A DNA stretch of 64,000 nt from Mycobacteriales bacterium (GCA_038253225.1 JBBSHH010000001.1:3537-67536); one strand, 5' to 3'; counted from the stretch's first letter, positions 1 to 11,671 are shown. The notes: generated from the sequence alone by a model not told the origin. Made by a program: numbers and translations.

Positions 1-66
1 GTGGCCAGGACCTGGAACTGGTCGCGGACGGTATCGCCAGAACGGCCGCGCGGATCTTCGGCTGGT
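1..66 (+). CDS. 3' end of an upstream gene (C-terminal ...GQDLELVADGIARTAARIFGW*), possibly a TatD-family hydrolase as in the Mtb tatD-rpfB arrangement
   Basis: In-frame translation to a TGA at 64-66 gives a protein-like C-terminus. Position upstream of rpfB matches Mtb Rv1008 (tatD). Only 21 codons are visible. Confidence 0.25.
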
Positions 67-317
67 GACCGGTCCCCCCATCCGAGCCACCTGGCGCGGC
101 CGGGACAGCGCCCCGCCCCTCCACTACATCACGTTCCGTTACCGTGACGGGTCTGGTAATCCCCACCGTGCCATTTGGCGGTATCGATGACCGACGGTTA
201 GGTTGCTCGGGTCATCGGCCGGGATCGGGGAAGTCTCGGCGGTCGGACTGCGCGTGGGCGGGGCGCAGTGGTGCCGCCGTTTCCCCCGTGCCCGGATTCC
301 CTGAGGTTCGGAGTTCC
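67..317 (+). promoter_or_regulatory. rpfB promoter and long 5' leader, a candidate structured RNA
   Basis: There is ~250 nt of non-coding sequence between the upstream stop and the best rpfB start (GTG 318). In mycobacteria the rpfB-ksgA-ispE operon is reported to be controlled by a 5' leader RNA switch. No motif could be verified by eye. Confidence 0.25.
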
Positions 318-1442
318 GTGCGCCGCTCACCGCGTGTTCTCGCCCTGTTCGCTCTCAGCCTGGCTCTTCTCGTCGGCGGTAGCACCGCCTTCGTACGGCT
401 CGACAAGACCGTCACGGTCTCCGTGGACGGCAAGACCCGCTCGGTCCGCACCTTCGCCCGCACCGTCGGCGGGGTCCTGGACCGGGCCGGCATCCCGGTC
501 GGCCGGCACGACTCGGTCGCCCCGAGCCGGTCCACCGCCGCCCGCGACGGCGCCCTGGTCAGCGTCCGGCGCGGCCGGCTGCTGACCCTCACCGTCGACG
601 GGGCCACCCGCCGGGTGTGGGTGCAGGCGACCAGCGTCGCCGAGGCCCTCGACCAGCTCGGGCTGCGGGCGACCGACGCGTTCCTCTCCGCCTCCCGCTC
701 GCGCCGGATCCCGCTCGGCGGCATGGACCTGACGCTGCGCACCCCCCAGCGCATCTCGATCCTCGCCGACGGCCGGGCCACCCCGCTGCTGACCACCGCG
801 GCGACGGTCGGCGAGGCGCTCGCGCAGGCCCGGATCACGGTCGGGCGTACCGACAAGGTCTCCGTGCCGGTCAGCGTCTACCCGACCGCGGGCCTGGTCG
901 TCCGGGTCACCCGGATCCGGGCCGCGACCGAGGTCGCCACCCGGCCGATCGCGGCCACCACGCTGCGCCGCACCTCGGCCACCCTCTACCGGGGCCGGAC
1001 GGCCATCGCGGACGCCGGCGCGGCCGGCGTGCTGCGGCAGGTCTACGCGCTGACCTACGTCGACGGCCGGCTCGCCAGCCGCCGGCTGACCGCCCAGCAG
1101 GTCATCACCCCGGCCCGGGCCCGGATCGTCCTGGTCGGCTCGAAGCCGCTGCCGGTCGCCGCTTCGACGCCGACGTACACCCCGCTCAGCGGCTCGGTCG
1201 GCAGCTCCGGCGGCCTGAACTGGGCGGCGCTGGCCCGGTGCGAGTCCGGCGGCAACCCGCGGGCGGTGAACTCCACCGGCACCTACCGCGGGCTGTACCA
1301 GTTCAGCATCGGCACCTGGCAGTCCGTCGGTGGCTCGGGCGACCCGATCAACGCCTCCGCCAGCGAGCAGACCTACCGCGCGCAGCTGCTCTACAACCGG
1401 TCCGGGCGCTCGCCGTGGCCGGTCTGCGGCCGCTACCTCTGA
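318..1442 (+). CDS. rpfB: Resuscitation-promoting factor RpfB (G5 domains plus C-terminal lysozyme-like transglycosylase domain)
   Basis: The C-terminus [39 protein letters not shown]...WPVCG is the Rpf transglycosylase signature, with G5-like repeats upstream. There is a TM/signal segment after the GTG at 318 ([21 protein letters not shown]). Synteny rpfB-rsmA-ispE matches Mtb. The track ORF starts at 144, but a later in-frame GTG at 318 is more plausible. Confidence 0.85.
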   Translation: MRRSPRVLALFALSLALLVGGSTAFVRLDKTVTVSVDGKTRSVRTFARTVGGVLDRAGIPVGRHDSVAPSRSTAARDGALVSVRRGRLLTLTVDGATRRVWVQATSVAEALDQLGLRATDAFLSASRSRRIPLGGMDLTLRTPQRISILADGRATPLLTTAATVGEALAQARITVGRTDKVSVPVSVYPTAGLVVRVTRIRAATEVATRPIAATTLRRTSATLYRGRTAIADAGAAGVLRQVYALTYVDGRLASRRLTAQQVITPARARIVLVGSKPLPVAASTPTYTPLSGSVGSSGGLNWAALARCESGGNPRAVNSTGTYRGLYQFSIGTWQSVGGSGDPINASASEQTYRAQLLYNRSGRSPWPVCGRYL

Positions 1443-2299
1443 GCGAACCCGCGCTGCTGGGGGCCGCCGAGATCCGACGGATCGCGGCGGCCCTCGCGCT
1501 GCGGCCCACCAAGGCGCTCGGCCAGAACTTCGTCCTCGACGCGAACACCGTCCGCCGGATCGTGCGCGCCGCCGGCTGCGGCCCCGACGACGTCGTGCTC
1601 GAGGTCGGGCCAGGGCTCGGGTCGCTGACGCTGGGCCTGCTGCCGACCGTCGCCCGGGTGGTCGCGGTCGAGGTGGACCCGGTGCTGGCCGGCGCCCTGC
1701 CGGCCACGGTCCGGCGCCACCAGCCGGCGTACGCCGACCGGCTCGCCGTCGTCACCGCGGACGCGCTCGGGCTGCAGGCCGTCGCCGGGCCGCCGCCGAC
1801 GGCGCTGGTGGCGAACCTGCCGTACAACGTCGCGGTGCCGGTGCTGCTGCATCTGCTGGACCGGCTGCCCTCGCTGCGCTCCGGGCTGGTGATGGTGCAG
1901 GCGGAGGTGGCCGACCGGCTGGCCGCCGCCCCCGGCAGCCGGACCTACGGCGTTCCGTCGGTCAAGGCGGCCTGGTACGCCGACCTGCGCCGCGCCGGCG
2001 CGGTGCCGCGCACGGTGTTCTGGCCGGCGCCCAACGTCGACTCCGGGCTGGTCGCGTTCACCCGCCGCGAGCCGCCGCCGACAACCGCCAGCCGGCTCGC
2101 GGTGTTCGCGGTCATCGACGCCGCGTTCGGGCAGCGGCGCAAGACGTTGCGGGCGGCGTTGTCCGGGTGGGCCGGGTCGGCGGCGGCCGCCGAGACGGCG
2201 CTGCGCCGCGCCGGCATCGACCCCGGCGCCCGAGGCGAGGCGCTCGACGTCGCGGCCTTCGCCCGCCTCGCCGCGGAGCGGCCCGGCGGTGCTGCGTAG
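1415..2299 (+). CDS. rsmA: 16S rRNA (adenine1518/1519-N6)-dimethyltransferase RsmA/KsgA
   Basis: [18 protein letters not shown]...[11 protein letters not shown]...ANLPYNV are classic KsgA motifs. The start is taken as an in-frame GTG (1415) that overlaps the rpfB end. The track ORF 617..2299 is an over-extended frame. Confidence 0.85.
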   Translation: MAGLRPLPLSEPALLGAAEIRRIAAALALRPTKALGQNFVLDANTVRRIVRAAGCGPDDVVLEVGPGLGSLTLGLLPTVARVVAVEVDPVLAGALPATVRRHQPAYADRLAVVTADALGLQAVAGPPPTALVANLPYNVAVPVLLHLLDRLPSLRSGLVMVQAEVADRLAAAPGSRTYGVPSVKAAWYADLRRAGAVPRTVFWPAPNVDSGLVAFTRREPPPTTASRLAVFAVIDAAFGQRRKTLRAALSGWAGSAAAAETALRRAGIDPGARGEALDVAAFARLAAERPGGAA

Positions 2300-3293
2300 C
2301 ATCGGCACCGCCCGTCACCTCCGCCGTCGAGGAGCAGCCCTGCCCTCCGATTCCAGCGACGCACCGGTCACGCTGGTCGGGCCGGCGCCGGTCGTCGTCC
2401 GGGTCCCCGCAAAGGTGAACCTGCACCTCGCGGTCGGGCCGCGCCGCGCCGACGGCTACCACGAGCTGGCCACGGTGTTCCAAGCGGTCTCGCTCTACGA
2501 CCAGGTGACCGCCTCCCCCGCCGACCGTCTCATCGTCGAGACCGTCGGCGAGGGCGCCGACGAGGTCCCCGCCGACGACACCAACCTCGCCGCTCAGGCG
2601 GCCCGCGCGCTGGCCGGCCTCACCGGCATCGAGCCGGCGGTGCGGCTGCAGGTCCGCAAGGGCATCCCGGTGGCCGGCGGGCTGGCCGGCGGCAGCGCCG
2701 ATGCGGCCGCGGCGCTGGTGGCCTGCGACGCGCTGTGGGGCACGAACCTGGACCGCCCGACGCTGTCCGCGCTCGCCGCCGGGCTCGGCAGCGACGTGCC
2801 GTTCGCGTTGCACGGCGGCACCGCGCTCGGCACCGGCCGGGGTGAGCAGCTCAGCCCGGTGCTGGGCCGTGGCCGCTACGACTGGGTACTCGCCTTTGCG
2901 GACGGCGGCCTGTCGACCGCGGCTGTGTACGCCGAGCTGGACAGCCAGCGGGAGGCGGGAATCGCGCCGGCCGCCTCCGACCCGGACCGGGTTCTCGCCG
3001 CGCTGCGGGCGGGGGAGCCGGCGCGCCTCGGCCGGACCCTCGCCAACGACCTGGAGGCCGCGGCGATGCGGTTGCGTCCGCAGCTGCGCCGGGTCCTCGA
3101 CGCCGGCCGGGAGCTCGGCGCGCTGGGGGCGGTGGTCTGCGGGTCCGGCCCGACGTGTGCCTTTTTGGCTCGGTCCGCGGCGCACTCGGTACGGCTGGCC
3201 GCGGCGCTGGCCGGGCTCGACGTCTGCCGGACCGTGCGCCGGGCGTCCGGTCCGGTCGGCGGCGCGCACGTGCTGACCGGCTCCGGCGGCTAG
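2289..3293 (+). CDS. ispE: 4-diphosphocytidyl-2-C-methyl-D-erythritol kinase IspE
   Basis: [24 protein letters not shown]...[17 protein letters not shown] are GHMP kinase / IspE motifs. A GTG start overlaps the rsmA stop. Gene order matches Mtb Rv1011. Confidence 0.85.
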   Translation: MLRSIGTARHLRRRGAALPSDSSDAPVTLVGPAPVVVRVPAKVNLHLAVGPRRADGYHELATVFQAVSLYDQVTASPADRLIVETVGEGADEVPADDTNLAAQAARALAGLTGIEPAVRLQVRKGIPVAGGLAGGSADAAAALVACDALWGTNLDRPTLSALAAGLGSDVPFALHGGTALGTGRGEQLSPVLGRGRYDWVLAFADGGLSTAAVYAELDSQREAGIAPAASDPDRVLAALRAGEPARLGRTLANDLEAAAMRLRPQLRRVLDAGRELGALGAVVCGSGPTCAFLARSAAHSVRLAAALAGLDVCRTVRRASGPVGGAHVLTGSGG

Positions 3294-3296
3294 CCG

Positions 3297-5056
<1,760 letters not shown>

Positions 5057-5060
<4 letters not shown>

Positions 5061-5749
5061 CGGTGATCGAGCTGGAGTGGGGACCGGCGGGTGCCGCCGC
5101 GCTGGCGCTCGACTGCGCCGCCCTCGTCGTCGTCGATGTGCTCTCGTTCACCACCTGCGTGTCGGTCGCGGTTGACCGGGGGGTGAGCGTGTGGCCGCAC
5201 CCGTGGCGGGACGGGTCGGCCGCGACCCGGGCCGCCGAGCTCGGCGCGGTGCTCGCAGCACCCCGGGGCGGACCGGGCCCGAGCCTGTCCCCGGTGTCGC
5301 TGAGCGGGCTGGCGTCGGGGGGCCGGCTGGTGCTGCCCTCCCCGAACGGTTCGCAGATCGCCGCTGCAGCCGGCGGCTCCGGGGGGCTGGTGCTCGCGGC
5401 GAGCCTGCGCAACGCCGCCGCCGTCGGCGGCTGGCTGGCGGGTCGGTTCGAGCGGGTGGGGCTGGTCCCGGCCGGGGAGCGCTGGCCGGACGGGTCGTTG
5501 CGACCGGCCTACGAGGATCTCGTCGGCGCCGGCGCGGTGATCGCCCGGATCGGCGGCCGGCCCGGCGCGGACGCCGAGGTGGCACTCGCGGCGTACCGGG
5601 GGTGGTCGCCGGACCGGCTGCTGGCCTGCCGGTCCGGCCGGGAGCTGGTCGGCCGCGGCTTTCGCGCCGACGTGGTGATGGCGGCGGCGGAGGACGTCGA
5701 CGCGGTGGTGCCGGTGCTGACCGGCGGGGCGTTCCGCGAAGCGACCTAG
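5057..5749 (+). CDS. 2-phosphosulfolactate phosphatase (ComB) family protein
   Basis: VVDVLSFTTCVSVAVDRG and overall similarity to the ComB/2-phosphosulfolactate phosphatase family. A GTG start overlaps the ABC-F stop (GTGA), suggesting translational coupling. Confidence 0.6.
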
Positions 5750-7335
5750 GGCCGGCCGCGCGCCGTCCGGGTGGCCGGCAGCCAGACGGTCACGCGTAGC
5801 CCGGCACCGCCGCGGGTGTCCGGGTCGGACAGCTCGATGCTGCCGCCGTGCCGGAGCACGATCTCCCGCACGATGGACAACCCGAGGCCGGCGCCGCCGG
5901 TGTCCCGGCCGCGGGCCTCGTCCACCCTCGCGAACCGCTCGAACACCCGTTGCCGCTGGTCGGCCGGGATGCCCGGCCCGTCGTCGACGACCACGAGCCG
6001 GACCCCGCCCGCAGCCGGCGCGACGTCGACCGTGACCTGCCGGCGGGCGTAGCGCAGCGCGTTGTCGACGACGTTGGCCACCACCCGGCGCAGCGCGTCG
6101 GCGTCGCCGCGGACCGGCGCCCGCGCGGCGCCGGTGCGCTCGACCCGTACCGGCCCGGTACCGGCACCGGTACCGGCACCGGCACCGGCAAAGTCGCCGA
6201 TCCCGGCGAGCACGGCGTCGACGACGCCGACCAGGTCGACCACTCCGACCAGGTCGACCACTCCGACCAGCTCGCCCAGGGCTGGGCCGGCGGCGGCGAC
6301 CGCGTCGTCGAGCCGGGCCAGCACGAGCAGGTCGTCCACCAGCCGGCTCATCCGCTCCGCCTCGACCAGCACGCCGGCCGCGGTCGTCGGCCACTCGGCG
6401 TCGGCCGGATGCCGCAGCGCGACCTCCAGCTGGGTTCGCAGCGAGGCCAGCGGGCTGCGCAGCTCGTGCGCGGCGTCCGCGACGAACCCGCGCTGCCGGA
6501 CGCCGGCAGCCTCCAGCCGTTCGAGCATCCGGTTCAGCGTGACCGCGAGCCGGTGCACCTCGTCGGCGGCGACCGGTACCGGAAGCCGCCGGGAGCCGCC
6601 GGTGCCGCTGATCTCCTCCGCGCCGATGCGCAGCGCCGCCACCGGGCGCAGGGCGGAGCCCGCGGTCACCCAGCTCAGCCCGGCCAGGCCGGCCAGCAGC
6701 ACCGGCAGCCCGAGCACCACCGCGAGCTCCACGACCCGCAGGCTGCGCCGCAGGTCCACCAGGCTGACCGCGACCAGAACGGTCTGCGGGTCGCGGGCGG
6801 GTCCGGCCGGCACGCCGAGAACCCGCAGCCGGTCGACGATCCCGATCCGGGCGCCGTCGAGGCCGACCGGCCGGCCGCGGCGGGCGCGGGCCAGCGGTCC
6901 CGGTTCGAGCAGCGGGACCAGCCGGTCACCGCCCGGCGAGGCGGCGCGGACCCGCCCGTGGGTGTCCACCACCTGCACCACGGCCGTGCCGCCCGACGCC
7001 GGCACCGGGTCGGGCAGCCGGCCCGCGTCGACCAGCGCCGCGACGTCGCGGGCCTGCTGCCGGGCCGAGTCGTCCACCGCCCGTAGCAGCGTGCGGTCGA
7101 GCGCGCCGACCAGCAGCAGCGCGCCCAGGCCGAGGCCGAGCGCCAACAGGCCGGTGGACACCAGCGTCAGCCGGGCCCGCAGGCTTCGACGCCGCCACCA
7201 GCCGGCTCGGTCAGCGCTCAGCGTCGACCAACCGGTAACCGGCCCCCCGCACGGTCTGGAGCGTCCGGCGGCCGAACGGCTCGTCGATCTTGCGCCGGAG
7301 GTAGCCGACGTAGACCTCCACCACGTTGACGTCAC
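5746..7335 (-). CDS. Sensor histidine kinase (2 TM, HAMP, HisKA, HATPase_c) with an in-frame tandem-repeat insertion
   Basis: H-box FVADAAHELRSPL, N/G boxes VVDNALRYA ... DDGPGIP ... GGAGLGLSIV. It overlaps the RR gene by 125 nt if the annotated GTG at 7335 is used, so the true start may be downstream. It converges with the ComB-like gene with a 4-nt overlap. Confidence 0.8.
   Translation of the reverse strand: MTSTWWRSTSATSGARSTSRSAAGRSRPCGGPVTGWSTLSADRAGWWRRRSLRARLTLVSTGLLALGLGLGALLLVGALDRTLLRAVDDSARQQARDVAALVDAGRLPDPVPASGGTAVVQVVDTHGRVRAASPGGDRLVPLLEPGPLARARRGRPVGLDGARIGIVDRLRVLGVPAGPARDPQTVLVAVSLVDLRRSLRVVELAVVLGLPVLLAGLAGLSWVTAGSALRPVAALRIGAEEISGTGGSRRLPVPVAADEVHRLAVTLNRMLERLEAAGVRQRGFVADAAHELRSPLASLRTQLEVALRHPADAEWPTTAAGVLVEAERMSRLVDDLLVLARLDDAVAAAGPALGELVGVVDLVGVVDLVGVVDAVLAGIGDFAGAGAGTGAGTGPVRVERTGAARAPVRGDADALRRVVANVVDNALRYARRQVTVDVAPAAGGVRLVVVDDGPGIPADQRQRVFERFARVDEARGRDTGGAGLGLSIVREIVLRHGGSIELSDPDTRGGAGLRVTVWLPATRTARGRP
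6150..6290. repeat. Two in-frame perfect tandem repeats inside the histidine-kinase gene: an (18-bp)x2.7 unit 'cactccgaccaggtcgac' and a (12-bp)x2.8 unit 'ggtaccggcacc'
   Basis: Seen directly: ...gaccaggtcgaccactccgaccaggtcgaccactccgaccagctc... and ...ggtaccggcaccggtaccggcaccggcaccggca.... They translate on the minus strand to (DLVGVV)x3 and GAGAGTGAGTG. Confidence 0.8.
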
Positions 7336-7888
7336 CGTCGAAGTTCGCGTCCCAGACGTGCTCGAGCAGCTGGGTCTTCGACACCACCTCGTCCGGGTGG
7401 CGCATGAGGTACTCGAGGACGGCGAACTCGCGCGGGGTCAGACCGATCTCGGTGCGGCCCCGGGTCACCCGCCGCCGGGCCGGGTCGAGCGCCAGGTCCC
7501 CGGTCCGTAGGACCGCCGGCCGGGGCGGCGCGCCGCGACGGACCAGCGCCCGCAGCCGGGCGAGCAGGACGACGTAGGAGAACGGCTTGGTGAGGTAGTC
7601 GTCGGCGCCGACGTCGAGCCCGTCCGCCTGGTCGTACTCCCCGTCCTTGGCGGAGAGCATCAGCACCGGCACCCAGTTGCCCTCGGCCCGCAGCGCCTCG
7701 CACACCCGATACCCGGACAGCTTGGGCAGCATGACGTCGAGCACCACCGCGTCGTAGCTGCCCTCCCGGGCCAGGTGCAGGCCGTCCTCCCCGTCGTGCG
7801 CGACGTCGACCGCGAACCCGTCGGCACGCAGCCCCCGCTGCAGCGCGTCGGCGAAGCGCACCTCGTCGTCGACCACCAGCACCCGCAC
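7211..7888 (-). CDS. OmpR-family two-component response regulator
   Basis: Receiver domain MRVLVVDDE...D...LTKPF with phospho-acceptor Asp context, plus a C-terminal winged-helix (GYLRRKID...VRGAGYRL). Confidence 0.9.
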   Translation of the reverse strand: MRVLVVDDEVRFADALQRGLRADGFAVDVAHDGEDGLHLAREGSYDAVVLDVMLPKLSGYRVCEALRAEGNWVPVLMLSAKDGEYDQADGLDVGADDYLTKPFSYVVLLARLRALVRRGAPPRPAVLRTGDLALDPARRRVTRGRTEIGLTPREFAVLEYLMRHPDEVVSKTQLLEHVWDANFDGDVNVVEVYVGYLRRKIDEPFGRRTLQTVRGAGYRLVDAER

Positions 7889-8028
7889 CGGTCACCTCCC
7901 GCACGCCTCTCCGACGCCGAGCCTGCCGCGCCGCCCGGCGCGGCACCAGGCGCTCTCAGCCTGGTCACAGCCGGCGTCGGTCAGTCTGGCCGCTCTCTCG
8001 CTGTCCCTCGTACGGAGAAGGTCACCCG

Positions 8029-9162
8029 ATGACTCGGCCTAGGTTCCTGTCCGGCCCACCCGCCCGCTGGGCGGTCCCGATCGGCGTCGCCACGACCATC
8101 GGCCTGGCGGTCGGGCTCGTGCCGGTGGTCGCCGGGGCCAGCTCGCCGCTGCCGCACCGGTCGGCGGCCCAGCTGCTGGCCGGGGTCACGGCCGCCAACC
8201 AGCACCCGTTCGCGGGCACGATCGTGGAGACCGCGCGGCTGGGGCTGCCGGCGCTGCCCAGCGTCGCCGGCGCCCCGACGTCGCTGAGCTCGCTGGTGAC
8301 CGGATCGCACACCGCCCGGATCTGGTACGCCGCCCCCGACCGGGTCCGGTTCGCGCTGGTGGGGACGCTGGCCGAGACCGACGTGATCCGCAACGGCCGT
8401 GACCTGTGGTTCTGGACCAGCGGGGTCAACACGGCCCGGCATCAGGTGCTCCCGGCCGGTGCGGGCACGAACGGCGCGGCGCCGGAGACGCCAGCCACCG
8501 CAATGACACCGCAGCAGGCGGCGCAGCAGGCGCTGGCGGCGGTCGACCCGTCCACCGCGGTCACGGTGGAGGGCACCGCCGAGGTCGCCGGACGGGCGGC
8601 GTACGAGCTCGTCCTGGCGCCCAGGGACCCCCGATCGCTGATCGGTCAGGTGCGGCTCGCGGTCGATAGCGCGACCTCTGTCCCGCTCCGGGTCCGGGTC
8701 TACGCCCGCAACCGCACCACGCCGGCGTTCGAGACCGCCTTCACCTCGATCCGCTTCACCACCCCGGCGAGCTCGACCTTCCGGTTCGTCCCGCCGCCCG
8801 GCGCCAAGGTCAGTGGCACCGGCGCGCCGGCCGGCCCGGCGCCGGCCGGCCCCGGTGCGGGCCTTGCGGCCACCGGTGCGCCCACCGTGATCGGACGGGG
8901 CTGGACGGCGGTTCTCGTCCTGCGCGGCGTGGACCTGAGCTCGGCCGGAGACAACTCGCAGGCCAACGCACTGCTCAAGGCCAGCACCCCGGTTCGCGGC
9001 AGCTACGGCAGCGGCCGACTGCTGCGCACCACGCTGGTCTCCGCGCTGCTCCTCGACGACGGGCGGCTGCTGGTCGGTGCGGTCCGGCCGGCGCTGCTCA
9101 CCGCCGCCGCCGCGCAGCCGGCTGCCGCCCTCCGCCCACCGGCGGCCGGGACGGCCCGGTGA
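8029..9162 (+). CDS. Secreted LolA-like (DUF2092/DUF4367-type outer-membrane-lipoprotein-carrier-like) protein
   Basis: N-terminal signal/anchor, then a beta-rich LolA-like region (WYAAPDRVRFALVG...RNGRDLWFWTSG) and a Gly/Pro/Ala-rich tail. It is divergent from the TCS and followed by an ABC ATPase and permease. Confidence 0.55.
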   Translation: MTRPRFLSGPPARWAVPIGVATTIGLAVGLVPVVAGASSPLPHRSAAQLLAGVTAANQHPFAGTIVETARLGLPALPSVAGAPTSLSSLVTGSHTARIWYAAPDRVRFALVGTLAETDVIRNGRDLWFWTSGVNTARHQVLPAGAGTNGAAPETPATAMTPQQAAQQALAAVDPSTAVTVEGTAEVAGRAAYELVLAPRDPRSLIGQVRLAVDSATSVPLRVRVYARNRTTPAFETAFTSIRFTTPASSTFRFVPPPGAKVSGTGAPAGPAPAGPGAGLAATGAPTVIGRGWTAVLVLRGVDLSSAGDNSQANALLKASTPVRGSYGSGRLLRTTLVSALLLDDGRLLVGAVRPALLTAAAAQPAAALRPPAAGTAR

Positions 9163-10151
9163 CTGCCGGCACCGCCACCACCGCGCCCGTCGTACGCCGA
9201 CCGCCGGCGCAACCGGCGGTGACCTACGCGCTGGTCACCCGCGGCCTGACCAAGCGGTTCCGGGGTGGACAGGTCGCGGTCGACCGGTTGGACCTCGAGG
9301 TACCGCGCGGCTCGGTGTTCGGCTTCCTCGGGCCCAACGGTTCCGGGAAGACCACGACGATCCGCATGCTGCTGGGCCTGGTGGCCCCGACCGCCGGGGA
9401 CCATGACCTGCTCGGTGCGCCGATGCCCGGCTCCGCCGCGGCGGTGCTGCCCCGGGTCGGGGCGCTGGTCGAGGGGCCGGCCTTTCATCCCTACCTCTCC
9501 GGCCGGGCCAACCTCGAGCGGCTCGACGCGGCGGACCGCAGCGCCGACCCGCGCACCTGTCGGGCCCGCACCGGCACCGCGCTGGAGCGGGTCGGGCTCT
9601 CCGCCGCCGCCGGCAAGCGGTACCGCAACTACTCCCTGGGCATGCGACAGCGGCTCGGGATCGCGGCCGCGCTGCTCCAGCCGCGGGAGCTGCTGGTGCT
9701 CGACGAGCCGACCAACGGCCTGGACCCGCAGGGCACCCGTGAGGTCCGCGCGCTGGTGCGCGACCTGGCCGCCGAAGGCGCCACGGTCGTGCTGTCCTCG
9801 CACCTGCTCGGCGAGGTCGAACAGGTCTGCACCCATGTCGGGGTGATGCGGGTCGGCCGGCTGGTGGCGCAGGGGCCGCTGGCCGAGCTGCGCAACGCCG
9901 CGCCGGCGCTGGTCCACGTCGGCACGACCGCGCCGGCGGCCGCCGCCGAGGTGCTGGCGCGGCTGGGGCTGGCGGACGTCGCGGTGCGCGAGGAGGAGGC
10001 GATCGCGCGGATCGGGGCGGCGGAGCCGGAGACCGTGAGCGCGGCGCTGGCGGCGGCCGGCGTACCGCTGCGCCGCTTCGCCGTCGAGCGACCGGGCCTC
10101 GAGGAGCTGTTCGTCTCGCTCACCGGGGAGGGCTTCGATGTCGACCAGTAG
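9159..10151 (+). CDS. ABC transporter ATP-binding protein (ABC-2/DrrA-like)
   Basis: Walker A GPNGSGKTT, signature YSLGMRQRL, Walker B LLVLDEPTNGLD. Its start overlaps the upstream stop. Confidence 0.85.
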   Translation: MTAGTATTAPVVRRPPAQPAVTYALVTRGLTKRFRGGQVAVDRLDLEVPRGSVFGFLGPNGSGKTTTIRMLLGLVAPTAGDHDLLGAPMPGSAAAVLPRVGALVEGPAFHPYLSGRANLERLDAADRSADPRTCRARTGTALERVGLSAAAGKRYRNYSLGMRQRLGIAAALLQPRELLVLDEPTNGLDPQGTREVRALVRDLAAEGATVVLSSHLLGEVEQVCTHVGVMRVGRLVAQGPLAELRNAAPALVHVGTTAPAAAAEVLARLGLADVAVREEEAIARIGAAEPETVSAALAAAGVPLRRFAVERPGLEELFVSLTGEGFDVDQ

Positions 10152-11001
10152 CGTGCTCGCCACCCGGCCGCTGCCGCTGGTACGCCGGCCGGTCAGCAGC
10201 CGGTTGCTCCGCTCGGAGCTGTCGATGGTGTTCCGCCGACCGCGCAACCTCGCGATGCTCGCGGTGCTGGCCGTCATCCCGACGCTGATCGGGGTGGCGG
10301 TCAAGCTCTCCGCCCCGAAGCCCGGCGACGGGCCGGCGTTCCTCGGCCAGATCACCGACAACGGCCTGTTCCTCGCCTTCACCGCGCTCGTCGTGGTGCT
10401 GCCGTTGTTCATGCCGCTCGCCGTGTCGGTCGTGTCCGGCGACGCGGTGGCCGGGGAGGCCAACCAAGGCACCCTGCGCTACCTGCTGGTCGTGCCGGTC
10501 AACCGGACCCGTCTGCTCGCCGTGAAGTACACGGCGACCGTGGCCTACGGGCTCGTCGCGGGGCTGACCGTCGGCGCCGCGGGCGTCGTGGTCGGCCTGC
10601 TCCTCTTTCCGGCCGGACCGGTGACGCTGCTCTCCGGCGGCGCGATCCCGTTCTCCGCCGCGCTGGTCCGGGTGCCGCTGGTCGTGCTGTACGTCGCGGC
10701 GATGCTGGCCGGTGTCGCGGCGATCGGGCTGTTCCTCTCGACGCTGACCGAGGTGCCGGTCGGCGCCATGGCTGCCACGGTCGTATTGACCATCCTGTGC
10801 GAGATCCTCGACTCCATCCCCCAGGTCGCGGCCATCCATCCGTACCTGTTCACCCACTGGTGGCTCCAGTTCGGTGACCTGCTCCGCTCCCCGGTGCAGC
10901 TCCACGACATGCTGCAGGGGTTGCTCGTCCAGGCGGCGTACATCGCGGTGTTCTTCTCCCTGGCGTGGGCGCGGTTCTCCACCCGCGACGTCTCCTCGTA
11001 A
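10138..11001 (+). CDS. ABC-2 family transporter permease
   Basis: Six predicted TM helices. It overlaps the ATPase gene by 14 nt in the typical ABC-2 operon arrangement. Confidence 0.75.
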   Translation: MSTSSVLATRPLPLVRRPVSSRLLRSELSMVFRRPRNLAMLAVLAVIPTLIGVAVKLSAPKPGDGPAFLGQITDNGLFLAFTALVVVLPLFMPLAVSVVSGDAVAGEANQGTLRYLLVVPVNRTRLLAVKYTATVAYGLVAGLTVGAAGVVVGLLLFPAGPVTLLSGGAIPFSAALVRVPLVVLYVAAMLAGVAAIGLFLSTLTEVPVGAMAATVVLTILCEILDSIPQVAAIHPYLFTHWWLQFGDLLRSPVQLHDMLQGLLVQAAYIAVFFSLAWARFSTRDVSS

Positions 11002-11011
11002 CGCGGGACGG

Positions 11012-11671
11012 CTAGCTCCCGCCGGCCGCCGCCGGCCGTCCCCCGATGCGCGGCCGCGGATCCAACCCGGAGAGCCCGTTCCACGCCAGGTTGACCAGGT
11101 GCGCCGCGACCTCGTCGCGCTCGGGGCGCGCAGCGTCGAGCCACCACTGGCCGGTCAGGGCCACCATGCCGACCAGCGCCTGGCTGTACAGCGGCGCCAG
11201 CATCGCGTCGTACCCCCGGCTGGTGAACTCCTGGCCGAGGATGTGCTCGACCTGGCTGGCGATGTCGTTGATGAGGCTGGCGAAGGTGCCGGTGGAGGCG
11301 GCGACCGGCGAGTCACGGACCAGGACCCGGAAGCCGTCGGTGTCCTCCTCGATGTAGCACAGCAGCGCGGTGGCCGCCTCCTCGAGGAGCTCGCGGGGGT
11401 GCCCACCGACCAGCGCGCCGGTGATCTTGTCCAGCAGCCGCTGCATCTCCCGGTCGACGACGACGGCGTAGAGCCCTTCCTTGCCGCCGAAATGCTCGTA
11501 GACCACCGGCTTGGACACCCCCGCGCGGCTGGCGATCTCCTCGATCGAGGTGGCCTCGAAACCCCGCTCCGCGAACAGCGCACGCCCCACGTCGAGCAGC
11601 TGCTCGCGGCGCTCCTTACCGCTCATCCGGACCCGGCCGGGGCGTGCGCTGCCGTTCGGGCCGGCCGTCAT
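11012..11671 (-). CDS. TetR-family transcriptional regulator
   Basis: N-terminal HTH RREQLLDVGRALFAERGFEATSIEEIASRAGVSKPVVYEHFGGKEGLY is the TetR_N signature. Its ATG overlaps the desaturase stop (ATGA), indicating a desaturase-TetR operon. Confidence 0.85.
   Translation of the reverse strand: MTAGPNGSARPGRVRMSGKERREQLLDVGRALFAERGFEATSIEEIASRAGVSKPVVYEHFGGKEGLYAVVVDREMQRLLDKITGALVGGHPRELLEEAATALLCYIEEDTDGFRVLVRDSPVAASTGTFASLINDIASQVEHILGQEFTSRGYDAMLAPLYSQALVGMVALTGQWWLDAARPERDEVAAHLVNLAWNGLSGLDPRPRIGGRPAAAGGS

Noticed and set aside
7211-7335. 125-nt overlap between the response-regulator 3' end and the annotated histidine-kinase GTG start.
   Set aside because: Probably start over-extension. 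No alternative canonical start lies before the first TM helix, so it is left as annotated rather than called a fusion or frameshift.
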